A stretch of 64,000 bases of DNA, from assembly GCA_038890745.1 (NCBI GenBank), contig JAWAFD010000001.1, positions 188,907 through 252,906 of the forward strand, read 5' to 3'. The translations under genes and the position numbers were made by a program. Source of the stretch: Candidatus Anstonellales archaeon (lineage in GTDB: Archaea > Micrarchaeota > Micrarchaeia > Anstonellales > J096). The notes below the pieces were generated by a model, which had not been told where the DNA came from, ran no database searches, and saw nothing but the letters and a program-made list of their open reading frames with translations. Positions 50,205-59,732 of this stretch are shown in pieces. Positions within the stretch are counted from its first letter, which is position 1; every line of letters starts with the position of its first letter.

Positions 50205-53200
50205 ATGGATTATTATATGGGAAAATCCGTGTTGAAAATTTGCATCCTTCTTCTCCTTCTTTTCACTCAGCTTTCTTACTCCGTAGGTGAAAAATACACC
50301 TCGATAATTGTTTCAAAACAAGTGAACGAGCAAAATGGTACGATATTTTTCAACATTACTGTTCTTTATTTCAACACATCGAGGATAGAGATTCCGCAGG
50401 GGCCTGGTAAATCCCCAAAAATAGTAGAAGAAACGAACATAACCTCTATTGAAAATGCGACAGTTTACATATCCTTCTACAACACCTCTTATACAGAAGA
50501 AGGAAAGCTTGTCCAGACCCTTGTTCCTCTCCCTTGCTCGCCGCTTATGACAAACGAAACCTATGAAGAGGATGGTAAGGTTGTTTATTATGGAATCTGC
50601 ATCGTTAGCGGCGAACTTTACTCAAAATATTTCAACAACACATGTAAGGGGTTTGATTTTTATTTTCCCGGAATAGCTCTTCCAAATGAGTCCATCCCTC
50701 CTACTGAAACAACACTCGATGTCTGCACAGGAAAACCAACCATTTTTGAAGCGCTCAGAGGAATACTTGCATCAGCCATAAACCCAGAGGACCCATTCTG
50801 CATTTCCATGTTCATAATATTCGGGCTTCTCCTCGCAACCATGTTTTTTACGGGAAGGTCTCCTCTTGCTCTATTGGATATGGTAACGCCCATGCTTCCA
50901 AGAGCAAGGAGGTTTGCGTACAGGGCAGGTGAGGCTGGAATAGGAGCAGGGCATAAGCAGATGAGGGAAGCAGCAAACAAAGCTATAAAAGCGGTCGATA
51001 AGGAAATAAAAGAAAAAGAAAAGAAGAACCCTGTTCCAGCTAACTTGCGTTCATCGTATAACAGCGCACCCGGATGGAAAAAGCTACTTGTGTTGAAAGC
51101 TCTAGAGGAAGGAAATGTTGGGTTGGCCGAAAGAATTCTCACGAGTCGCAGTCCCTTTGACGTTGCCACAGATCATTGGGGCGAAAAGGACAGAGATGTG
51201 AAGAAAGCATATACCTATTATGATATGAAAAAGACCCTCGAAGCTTACGATGAGATGCTAAAGGTTCCAAAACCTTTAAAGCCTCTTGGAAAAGTATGGC
51301 TCCTTAGCCAAATTCCTCTAGCCGCTGCGAATGTAGGAATGATGGTTAGATTCGTAAAACGGGCAGTTAAGGCGCCTTTTGTTAGGTATGGTGAACTGAA
51401 ACGTGTTAGAGCTGTTGAAAGCGCACCGCTGGGTACTCCGGCGAGAATGGCTGCTGAAGCAGAGCTTGCCGCTTACAGAAGAAGGCATGAGATAAAACCA
51501 GTCCAGCAACTTTTTGACCCTCTTGTTTTCGGGCAGGAGCGCTACAAGGTACTCAAAGAGCAAGTTTCAAAAGAACTTATCTCATACTTGCTCCTAAGGG
51601 TTTTTGATAAGGCAAAAATAGAAAAAAAGGAGATAGAGCGAATTTTCGCCCTACTTCAGAAGGCGATCGCTGAAAAAAATGAGGCGCTTGCTAAAAAAGC
51701 GTGTGCGGATTTGGATAGGTTGATACATGAAATAGATAATCTTGACCCCAGATATAAACATATTATCGAGACAATTAGAAGGGCTTATTTAATGCCCAGC
51801 CCTGATCCATACCTAAAGGCATCCGGCATCTTACTTATTTTAGAAAAACAAAACATAATCTCGGGTCGCGAACTTTCAGAATTAAAAAAATATATACAAG
51901 AATTAAGATATATAGACAGAATGAAAGACGCTGAAGATATACAGAAATTTTTAATGGCAGCCGAATACATTACAGATTATAGAGCCGACCTTCTACATCC
52001 TCAGAGAAGACAAAAGTGGGAATGGTTTGTTCCTTCCCTCTTTACCTCAGAAGTAGAAAGAAAAAAAATTCCAATCTTTTCCATGCTTTTTGCGCATGAA
52101 CTTCTCTCTCAAGCAAAGGCAGACATATCTGATATTGCAAGATATTTCTTCGGTATTAGAGGGATTAATCCTTTATTCCCGCTTATGGAATATAATCTCC
52201 TCCCCGCTACGTTTAAAGGATGGGTAAAAAAAGAAAATCTTGATGGCGTGTATAAAACAATTTCCTCTTTTTCGAGCAGAATGTTCGATGAGATTGCCAA
52301 GAGGCATAACTTAGATATTCCAGGTTTGATGAAGGAAAAGCATGTTGGAAGTAAATTTGTGCTTTTGACGAAAGGTGTGTTTGATACCATTAACCTTAAC
52401 ACAAAAGGGGACTGGCATGTTTTTGCACCTGACTACTATGTCGGCAAGACACAAAGGATTACCTCATCTGCTTTTGGAAGGGCTTTGGAATCAGCTTATG
52501 TTGGGGCTGTGAAGGAAAGGTTTGAGAGTGCGTTTAATGACAAAGCATTCATAAATCTTTTCTCATACTACAGCGTGATTACAAAAAATTTTGCCGCGGA
52601 CAATCCGTACCAGCTTGCTTCTATAGGATACAACTCTGTGAGATACTATGTTGCTAAAAAATTAGGGGTGGATGTGGATGACCTTACAGACGATATGTTC
52701 AAAAGGTTTATAATCAACAAGAAAAACCTTGATTTGTATCTGACTGACTTTGACAAGGGCTCATTTGTACTCCTGAAAGGGTATGGGGTTATTCCGTTTA
52801 TTCAGGATGTTCTGCGTCCAGACCCTTCAAAGCTCGACAGGTATTTTGTGGATAAAAAAATCAGAGAGTATATAGAAAATAGATTGGGATACTCCATCCT
52901 GCGCGACAAGGATGCTATTTACTCCAAACTAGTAGCAAAGGGAGGAATAGCGCTTTCGGACTCTTTCATAAACACAACAATAATCGTGAATGTTGATGGA
53001 AAATTCCGCTTGTGGAAAGGACAGGAGCTTAGCGAATATGATCTGTACAAATTAGATAAAAAATTGGTTGAGAAGAAAGAAAAAATCGGGCCTCAGGGAG
53101 AAGAGGCAAGACCCGGAGATTTTGTAAAACTATACCAGCTTGCTGCTTCCGGAGATACAAATGCTTTCAATAAAGTTAAGGAGATTCTTATAAAATGCGA

Positions 53201-54872
53201 GAGAATGGACGCATTTATGCCTCTTGCAAGCGCATATTATATGTCTACAAGAGACGTTGTTTCCCGCCAGGAGATCTTTAAAGGAATAACTCAGAACTAC
53301 GTAAGATACATTCCTATGGAGGAGGCAAGAAATGTGGTGCAGGATTGGAAAGACAGGGTTGAATTATTGGTGAAGAGGGGAATCAGCGGTGCGTTCAAGC
53401 CGATTATTTATGCTGGCGTTCCTTATTGGGAGGCTATGGGAACCGTTGTTACGGCTTCAGAGGCCGCAAGAAGGATTGGTGTGGAGTATGTTGGGGGCTT
53501 AACGCAGGATTATATTAAGGGTTTGGGTGAGGAAGAAAGAAAGAGGGAGATGGAATTTGCAAAAGCAGTAAAAGAGTTTGAGCATGCTTGGCAGTGGACA
53601 ATAACCAGGGATGCCTTACTGTATGGTGGATTTGAGAGGTATGGCAGGCCAGGCTATCTTACGACAGGTTTCCATGTAGGGCCCGCTATGCCAATTACAA
53701 ACTGGATGGATAGAAGGAGTTTTAGCCCGCTTTTCCAAAATATTCCTATATTAGATTGGGTTATGCAGAATGTTGCGCTTACAACTTTCAAGCTTTCAGT
53801 TGCTTTTTCAAGGCCTTTTGTTTTAGGCGCGAGAGCCATTACTTTTCGTAGATTTAGGTATCCGTCTGTTTATGACTTACGGTCAGATATTTCTGAAATC
53901 AATCCTTTTGTAGCCACACAAGGATACTACTCTATCCATTCAACCATCCCGCTGTTACAGCAGCCGTCTCAACTTTTGTATGGGGCCGCTTCTCTTGCAG
54001 CCCTGCCTTTAGTTATCCCGGCCTTTATTAGGGAACTTAGAGAGAGGAGAGAGTTACCAATCTTCTCTATAGAAGAGCTTACTCCTGAGGAAGAGGCAGT
54101 TCCACATGGGGGTGAGGGTGCGCGTGGTATCCGACTACGAAAGTATGTGATTCGTGGAAGGGTTGTGGAAGCAATAAGGAATTCAATCGCTAGAGCGCAT
54201 GAGATGTGGGTTTCACAGCCTGGTTCCATAAGATGGTTTGGAGTAGCAAACTTGGACATATTTATCGGAGCTCCGAGGATGACGGATACATATTGGTTCT
54301 ACTCCTCTGCGATCGCAAACATAGGAGACACTGATACAAACCCAGGCCTTTCTTACATTCAAAGCTACACCGGAGAGTATGTTTGGGAGTCGGTTGTTCC
54401 AAGAGCACTTGAGAGAAAAGGATTTGAGCTTTTACCAAGAATGAGAGAGCACATGTTTGATGTGCATGAGAAAAGGACCCTCTCAGCCTTGGGGATGGCT
54501 GCTTTCTATTACACCGAAATTCATTGGGCAGACCCGTTTAATTTCAGAAACAATCCGCTTTATTCCATACTCTCTCCCGGTACTGCTCTTTTATCTTCCG
54601 GCGGATGGATGGGTAGAAAGATTTATAGATGGAAATATAAAAGAGAAATAAAGAAAGAGGAGGAAGAGTACAGAAAGCTTCATCCGGGAGGACCCGTTAC
54701 TGATTGGGATAGGCTAAAAATGGGTGGACCAAAATCATCCAATGCAATATTGAATTTTGTTAAAGGAAAGTGGGAGAGATGGGTGTATGTTGGATGGAGT
54801 AAATGTAATCTATGCGGTACTAACTACTATGGTTCTGGACCCTGCCCAAGATGCGGGGCGAAGCATCCCTAA
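50205..54872 (+). CDS. Giant membrane-anchored protein of unknown function
   Basis: Signal peptide, ~170-aa domain rich in N-x-S/T sequons, TM (CISMFIIFGLLLATMFF), ~1300-aa remainder, C-terminal CNLC..CPRC zinc ribbon. Confidence 0.85.
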   Translation: MDYYMGKSVLKICILLLLLFTQLSYSVGEKYTSIIVSKQVNEQNGTIFFNITVLYFNTSRIEIPQGPGKSPKIVEETNITSIENATVYISFYNTSYTEEGKLVQTLVPLPCSPLMTNETYEEDGKVVYYGICIVSGELYSKYFNNTCKGFDFYFPGIALPNESIPPTETTLDVCTGKPTIFEALRGILASAINPEDPFCISMFIIFGLLLATMFFTGRSPLALLDMVTPMLPRARRFAYRAGEAGIGAGHKQMREAANKAIKAVDKEIKEKEKKNPVPANLRSSYNSAPGWKKLLVLKALEEGNVGLAERILTSRSPFDVATDHWGEKDRDVKKAYTYYDMKKTLEAYDEMLKVPKPLKPLGKVWLLSQIPLAAANVGMMVRFVKRAVKAPFVRYGELKRVRAVESAPLGTPARMAAEAELAAYRRRHEIKPVQQLFDPLVFGQERYKVLKEQVSKELISYLLLRVFDKAKIEKKEIERIFALLQKAIAEKNEALAKKACADLDRLIHEIDNLDPRYKHIIETIRRAYLMPSPDPYLKASGILLILEKQNIISGRELSELKKYIQELRYIDRMKDAEDIQKFLMAAEYITDYRADLLHPQRRQKWEWFVPSLFTSEVERKKIPIFSMLFAHELLSQAKADISDIARYFFGIRGINPLFPLMEYNLLPATFKGWVKKENLDGVYKTISSFSSRMFDEIAKRHNLDIPGLMKEKHVGSKFVLLTKGVFDTINLNTKGDWHVFAPDYYVGKTQRITSSAFGRALESAYVGAVKERFESAFNDKAFINLFSYYSVITKNFAADNPYQLASIGYNSVRYYVAKKLGVDVDDLTDDMFKRFIINKKNLDLYLTDFDKGSFVLLKGYGVIPFIQDVLRPDPSKLDRYFVDKKIREYIENRLGYSILRDKDAIYSKLVAKGGIALSDSFINTTIIVNVDGKFRLWKGQELSEYDLYKLDKKLVEKKEKIGPQGEEARPGDFVKLYQLAASGDTNAFNKVKEILIKCERMDAFMPLASAYYMSTRDVVSRQEIFKGITQNYVRYIPMEEARNVVQDWKDRVELLVKRGISGAFKPIIYAGVPYWEAMGTVVTASEAARRIGVEYVGGLTQDYIKGLGEEERKREMEFAKAVKEFEHAWQWTITRDALLYGGFERYGRPGYLTTGFHVGPAMPITNWMDRRSFSPLFQNIPILDWVMQNVALTTFKLSVAFSRPFVLGARAITFRRFRYPSVYDLRSDISEINPFVATQGYYSIHSTIPLLQQPSQLLYGAASLAALPLVIPAFIRELRERRELPIFSIEELTPEEEAVPHGGEGARGIRLRKYVIRGRVVEAIRNSIARAHEMWVSQPGSIRWFGVANLDIFIGAPRMTDTYWFYSSAIANIGDTDTNPGLSYIQSYTGEYVWESVVPRALERKGFELLPRMREHMFDVHEKRTLSALGMAAFYYTEIHWADPFNFRNNPLYSILSPGTALLSSGGWMGRKIYRWKYKREIKKEEEEYRKLHPGGPVTDWDRLKMGGPKSSNAILNFVKGKWERWVYVGWSKCNLCGTNYYGSGPCPRCGAKHP

Positions 54873-54912
54873 TGGAGGAAAGCATTTAAATTTTTACAAA
54901 GAAAAATTTTTC

Positions 54913-57183
54913 ATGCGAAAATTGCTCCATCTCTTCTTTATTATGTTTTTTTTACTTTCCTCGGGATGCTTGATAGATAAAGAAAAGGTAAAGCAGGTTT
55001 TTGAAACCCCTTCTTATGAATTTGACGCACGCGAGCTCATATGCGGAGGCGGGCAGTGCGTTGCTTTTATATGCAACCAAAGCAAAGAAAATGATTACAC
55101 TGTTTTCTACCCTCCGCCAGTTGTCGGCTCAAACTGTTCTTTTGAGGTTGTTGAGACCAAGAAAGAGTACAAAGAATATTTGGCAGGAAAAGAGGAATTT
55201 CTGCGCACCTTTGGTGCAGGGTTTGGCTCTTCCTTCATGGAGTTTGCGGATGCCAATGCTTATTGCAACAACTCCCTTACCTACTCTGTGAAATGGGTTT
55301 TGGGCAACACCTCAACCGGCTATGTCCTTCCCTCTCCTGAGCGTGCAACCTGCTTCTTTGAAAAATCCACCCTTCCTGTATACATCCTCTACGCCGGCGG
55401 TCCTTCTGTTCCAATAAACAAGGTTGCTGAGTTTGCGAAAGCATTAGATACAAAAGGACCAGCTATAGTTGTAACAGAGTATTCTTACAACTCCTCAGAC
55501 CCAATAGAGATTGCGGCCATTTCTTCCCAAGCAAAGACGATAAAACAAAACTGCAAGAACTGCATTGTTGCAGTGTACACAAAAATGAATGATGATGCCA
55601 TTCTAAAAGAAATGCAGAAAGATAGCGGATTTAATAAAAGCGTAGATTTGGTTGCTTTTGGTTTGGATGGCAGGGAAACGCCTCATTGCAGCGGAGGGTG
55701 GCTTATAAATAATGGCATGAATTTTTCCAGAGTGGTCTTGTATACCTATGGTAAACCATCCCTTTGGGCGTATATTCTAATCCCGCGTGGATTTAATGAA
55801 AAAGGGATGTGCGTTTGGAACGAGGTTGAGGAGAAAAGAGCATACATTAGTCTTTTCATCTCTGTAGGTTCCATGAGAAAATACGGCGTAATCGGTTTTG
55901 CTCCATATTCTCTATACGGTAATCCTCTGAAATGCGAAAACTGCACCCTTATGGAAAATGGCGAGCCGCGCCAGGACTCTTTTTCAACATTTTTCTCCTA
56001 CTGCCAGCAATTCTACTATTACTACAGCTTCCTTCCTGTTGCTTACGCAACAAAGCCAGGAACAAACTGCAGTTTTGAGAAAACACCATCCTTCCCGATA
56101 TTTTTTGGCCAGTCCTCCAGCGAGATTGATGTTCCTCTGTACACTGTTGATTCTCAAATGCCGTACTTTTACAAATGCGCTGCATGCTTCTCTTTTAACG
56201 ACACCATCCCTTCCGGTATCTCTGGGAGTGGAAGCGGCTATCACTGCACAGATGGAATAGGAAAGACAATAGACTACTGGGCAGATGTTTTTGAGGTTGA
56301 CCCTGATTACATGAAGGCGATTGCTCAGCAGGAGAGCGGTTTTGATGAATGCGCAGTAGGGCTTGCCCCCCCCAACTGGTCATACTGCAATTCTGATAAT
56401 TTAGTTTTTGAAGATCCGACAGGAAAATGCAATGAAAAGATTCAAAATAAACTTAATAATTACTGCTGGGATAAAAGCGTAACAAAGTTTGCAGACCCAA
56501 GCGAGGCATGCAAACCATGCAGTTCTGTAAGCTCAGGTAATAACGGTGGGCATTGCAAGATATGCGCTATGGGGATGATGCAGGTTATAGATTACCCTGG
56601 GTATTACTATAAACAACACGGGAGCGAAGTCCCTGATAGGATAAAACTCTGCGGGGCTTACGAATACAACCCATTCAACATGAACGATAGTGCGTGCGCG
56701 AGAAGCTATGATGCCATGACGAATGCAAAAAAAGCAAGAGAGCTTATTGCTGAGTTGAGTTCAGATGAAAAATCTGCGCTTGGGATAACGGATGAAAATG
56801 TAGGATGGTGGGTAGCTCTTTTTGCATCATACGCAAACAGCAAATCAACCATGCATGGATGGATAACCGATTACATTGAAAACAAGCCACAGAACTGCTA
56901 TGGGCTTAGCGAAAGCGCATGCTATGCCCAGGCATGCTGCATGTGGGATGATGAAAACGAAGAATGCAAATATGCATACAGCCAGACATGCTGCGGTGCG
57001 AAGACCTTCTTTGAATACCTTGAAAGCAATAGGTGTCTATACAAACCATACGGAGTTCAGGTTTTAAGAAAGTATATAAATGCATGGAGAGAATGCAGAA
57101 ATTGTGATGAGGGTCAGTTCTTGGATAACTTTAAAAAATACCATCCACCTTCTCCTGGTTTTCCTGGGTTTGGTGGGAAGTAG
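54913..57183 (+). CDS. Cys-rich lipoprotein with lytic transglycosylase (SLT)-like domain
   Basis: Lipobox LSSGC; VDPDYMKAIAQQESGF, AMGMMQV, NPFN, YGVQV; start moved to ATG 54913. Confidence 0.75.
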   Translation: MRKLLHLFFIMFFLLSSGCLIDKEKVKQVFETPSYEFDARELICGGGQCVAFICNQSKENDYTVFYPPPVVGSNCSFEVVETKKEYKEYLAGKEEFLRTFGAGFGSSFMEFADANAYCNNSLTYSVKWVLGNTSTGYVLPSPERATCFFEKSTLPVYILYAGGPSVPINKVAEFAKALDTKGPAIVVTEYSYNSSDPIEIAAISSQAKTIKQNCKNCIVAVYTKMNDDAILKEMQKDSGFNKSVDLVAFGLDGRETPHCSGGWLINNGMNFSRVVLYTYGKPSLWAYILIPRGFNEKGMCVWNEVEEKRAYISLFISVGSMRKYGVIGFAPYSLYGNPLKCENCTLMENGEPRQDSFSTFFSYCQQFYYYYSFLPVAYATKPGTNCSFEKTPSFPIFFGQSSSEIDVPLYTVDSQMPYFYKCAACFSFNDTIPSGISGSGSGYHCTDGIGKTIDYWADVFEVDPDYMKAIAQQESGFDECAVGLAPPNWSYCNSDNLVFEDPTGKCNEKIQNKLNNYCWDKSVTKFADPSEACKPCSSVSSGNNGGHCKICAMGMMQVIDYPGYYYKQHGSEVPDRIKLCGAYEYNPFNMNDSACARSYDAMTNAKKARELIAELSSDEKSALGITDENVGWWVALFASYANSKSTMHGWITDYIENKPQNCYGLSESACYAQACCMWDDENEECKYAYSQTCCGAKTFFEYLESNRCLYKPYGVQVLRKYINAWRECRNCDEGQFLDNFKKYHPPSPGFPGFGGK

Positions 57184-57559
57184 CATTCATCCAATAGTAT
57201 ATACTCCTTCTTCCTATTCCATACTTTTTTGCAGTTTTACTTACACCCTTCTTTTTTGCCTCTTTCAAAATTTTTCTTTTTAATTTTTTTGGATACTCCC
57301 TCCTCCCCCGCTTTCTTTTCTCAACCTTTATCTTTACCCCAACATCCTTAAGTGCCTTCCAATATTTTTTGCTAACGCTTTTATATATCGCTTCGCTAAC
57401 AAACATCTTCTTCATCTTAGTTTTATTAAGGAGAAGTAAAAACAAAAACTTACTCGGTTTTGTTTTCAAAACTATTTCTTCAGCATCCGGATTTTTTTCA
57501 ATCCTTCCCATTATTTCCATTCTTTTTCCCGCTATTTCCAATTTTTTCAAGGAATTCAC
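57131..57559 (-). CDS. DUF1699-like protein with C-terminal HTH
   Basis: KPSKFLF..YKSVSK pattern; VSKTAKKYGIGRRSIYYW HTH. Confidence 0.6.
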   Translation of the reverse strand: MNSLKKLEIAGKRMEIMGRIEKNPDAEEIVLKTKPSKFLFLLLLNKTKMKKMFVSEAIYKSVSKKYWKALKDVGVKIKVEKRKRGRREYPKKLKRKILKEAKKKGVSKTAKKYGIGRRSIYYWMNATSHQTQENQEKVDGIF

Positions 57560-58616
57560 GCCCCCTTCCTCCTTTTAATGCTTCATAAAGTTCGATCTGT
57601 TTTTTAACCTCATCCGGACTTATTTTCAAAAATTCCGAAGCCCACCCAATTCCCTTTTCTTTCGCAACAATCGCAGCACCAACATTGTACTCATAAAACA
57701 TCATTCTTTCTCGGATTATTTTTGCAAAATCCATTCCCGTATACTCTTTTATCAAAACGAGATTTGATAGGGTTTTTTCGTCAGGCTCTGAAACAAGCGC
57801 CGGATAGATTTTATTTCTTTTTGCACTCTCCCGAGTTTCGCGCAAATAAAATTTTATTATTGGGATGAAGGTAAGGAGAAAACCTCTTTTTCTTATTTCA
57901 TTTCTTATGGTTTTTTTTCTTTCCTCAATTTTATTTGCAAACTCTTCCCTCATTTTTGCGTTTTCAAGGAATCCTCTCTCTTCCAATTCTTTTTTCAATC
58001 CCTCAAAGCCTTCAAGATGCTCAACCCTGCTGTATGGGGTGATGTTATGTTTTCTTAGTATAGAGTTGTACTCCACTACCTCAGCGTCCGCTTCGTTCTG
58101 AAGCACCTCGTCCCTTACTCCCTCTGCGGCGTACAGCACTATTGAGGAGAGAAGCGCCTTTTTCACTGATGTTGACTTGAAAAAAGGGTTTGCTGCATCC
58201 TCAAGCTCCCTGAAAACCATTATCCCATACGCCCCAGAGCGTACGAGGTTTTCTATATAGTTTCCGTTTGTTGGAAGGTAGTTTGCAAAATCTTCATATG
58301 GGATGTTTTGTTTTATTTTTTTTGCTGAAACCGCAACCCTTACCCTTGCTAATGTGGATTTTTTCAGCATAGCAACATACCTAAAAAAGGAAACCTGCTT
58401 CTTTAAATCCGCAATCTCTTCTGCACTATTCTCTCCTAACTCTTCCTTTGTTATCCTTAATAATGCCCTAAAAGGTGCGTTGAACCTTCTGAGCAGCATC
58501 TCCTCCCTGAGAACTTCAAGTTCTTCTATGCTTGGTTCTTTTTCCAGGGCTTCGTTTGCATAGTGGATAAGAGCCATAGAATCCATTTCCTGTAGATCTC
58601 TTTCTCCGGTTTCCAT
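57498..58616 (-). CDS. Conserved archaeal protein (DUF530-like)
   Basis: LREEMLLRRFNAPF, LPTNGNY; directly downstream of top6A. Confidence 0.6.
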   Translation of the reverse strand: METGERDLQEMDSMALIHYANEALEKEPSIEELEVLREEMLLRRFNAPFRALLRITKEELGENSAEEIADLKKQVSFFRYVAMLKKSTLARVRVAVSAKKIKQNIPYEDFANYLPTNGNYIENLVRSGAYGIMVFRELEDAANPFFKSTSVKKALLSSIVLYAAEGVRDEVLQNEADAEVVEYNSILRKHNITPYSRVEHLEGFEGLKKELEERGFLENAKMREEFANKIEERKKTIRNEIRKRGFLLTFIPIIKFYLRETRESAKRNKIYPALVSEPDEKTLSNLVLIKEYTGMDFAKIIRERMMFYEYNVGAAIVAKEKGIGWASEFLKISPDEVKKQIELYEALKGGRGREFLEKIGNSGKKNGNNGKD

Positions 58617-58625
58617 ACTCCCAAC

Positions 58626-59732
58626 CTATGGTAAGAATTCTTTGTTTTTTATTTTCTCCCTTATGTACTCCCCAACAAACGTGAGCCTCTGACCTTGCAA
58701 TGCATCCTGCTCAAGCTTTTTCTTTGTTTTCACAACAAGCTTCAGTTCCTCCACCCATTGCTTGTGCGCCTTTATCCATGGATATTCTATCATCTCCATG
58801 GCCCTCTTTATATCTATCTCCTTTGCCTTTATTGTAAGTTTTTCCAAAAACTCATATTTCTTAATATCGCTCATCGTTACGCCAATAAACCTAGCCTCCG
58901 GGATGCTAAAATCCCTTCCCAAATAAGCAAGGTTCATGCTCCCTGTTTTCATCGTCCAGTAGATATACCATCCCCAAGCATCGCAATCTGTGAAAACAAA
59001 AATCGGCAGGCCCAGATCAGCAAACTTTCTCAACAGCCTTCTTGTTCCTCTAGAACTCTGTCCCTTTGGGGTAATCAATATTGCTTTCTCCTTTTCCCAG
59101 AATCTGTCCTCATTCAACCTCTGCCAGAGCGCATCCTTCTCTACTACGAGCACATACTTTGCATCTACTTTAACTATTTCCATTCCATTATCAACATCGC
59201 TCGGTATCATCCATCCGCTCCTTCCCTGCTTCGTTCCATCTATTATTACCTCCTCCCCTGCGAACCTGTCCCGGATCACAACCGGACCTGCGAGAACACC
59301 TTTTCTATCTGTTGTAAGATTTAGGTCCTCTCTCTTTACGCCGAGCGCGACCTCTAAATCTTCTATGAGTGCGTTGCTTTCGCTTTGCTCTTCAAAAAGC
59401 GATTCGTCCACATCCTCCCCCAAGCTGAATTTTAGCTGGTAGTAAAGACCCCTTATGCTTGTGTGGAGCCCTTGCTCCAAAAAAGACTTTGTCTTGTTTG
59501 CTATCGCAATCGTTTGCATGAATGTCCTTGCCTGTCCTATATTCAGAAACTTTCTGACCTCTTTCTTATCCCCAAGCTTAAGATATCCCAAGTTTTCATC
59601 AAATATTATGTTTCCCTTGCTGTGCAGATAGGTTTCGAATGCCGGGCTTTCGCCCCGGTTTATCTCATCCACCATCCTTTTCCCGAGCAATTTTAGTTTC
59701 TCAATCGGTGATGCGGATATCTCATCCACCAT
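58626..59732 (-). CDS. top6A: DNA topoisomerase VI subunit A
   Basis: IRGLYY, VVEKDA, TDCDAWG, KLEQDAL. Confidence 0.95.
   Translation of the reverse strand: MVDEISASPIEKLKLLGKRMVDEINRGESPAFETYLHSKGNIIFDENLGYLKLGDKKEVRKFLNIGQARTFMQTIAIANKTKSFLEQGLHTSIRGLYYQLKFSLGEDVDESLFEEQSESNALIEDLEVALGVKREDLNLTTDRKGVLAGPVVIRDRFAGEEVIIDGTKQGRSGWMIPSDVDNGMEIVKVDAKYVLVVEKDALWQRLNEDRFWEKEKAILITPKGQSSRGTRRLLRKFADLGLPIFVFTDCDAWGWYIYWTMKTGSMNLAYLGRDFSIPEARFIGVTMSDIKKYEFLEKLTIKAKEIDIKRAMEMIEYPWIKAHKQWVEELKLVVKTKKKLEQDALQGQRLTFVGEYIREKIKNKEFLP

Noticed and set aside
54757..54912. 52-aa N-terminal extension of the SLT-like protein
   Set aside because: It overlaps the upstream gene; the lipoprotein signal starts at ATG 54913.
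43629..57183. Conjugative element or provirus
   Set aside because: No integrase, relaxase, VirB4/VirD4, capsid gene or flanking att repeats seen, and housekeeping genes lie on both sides.
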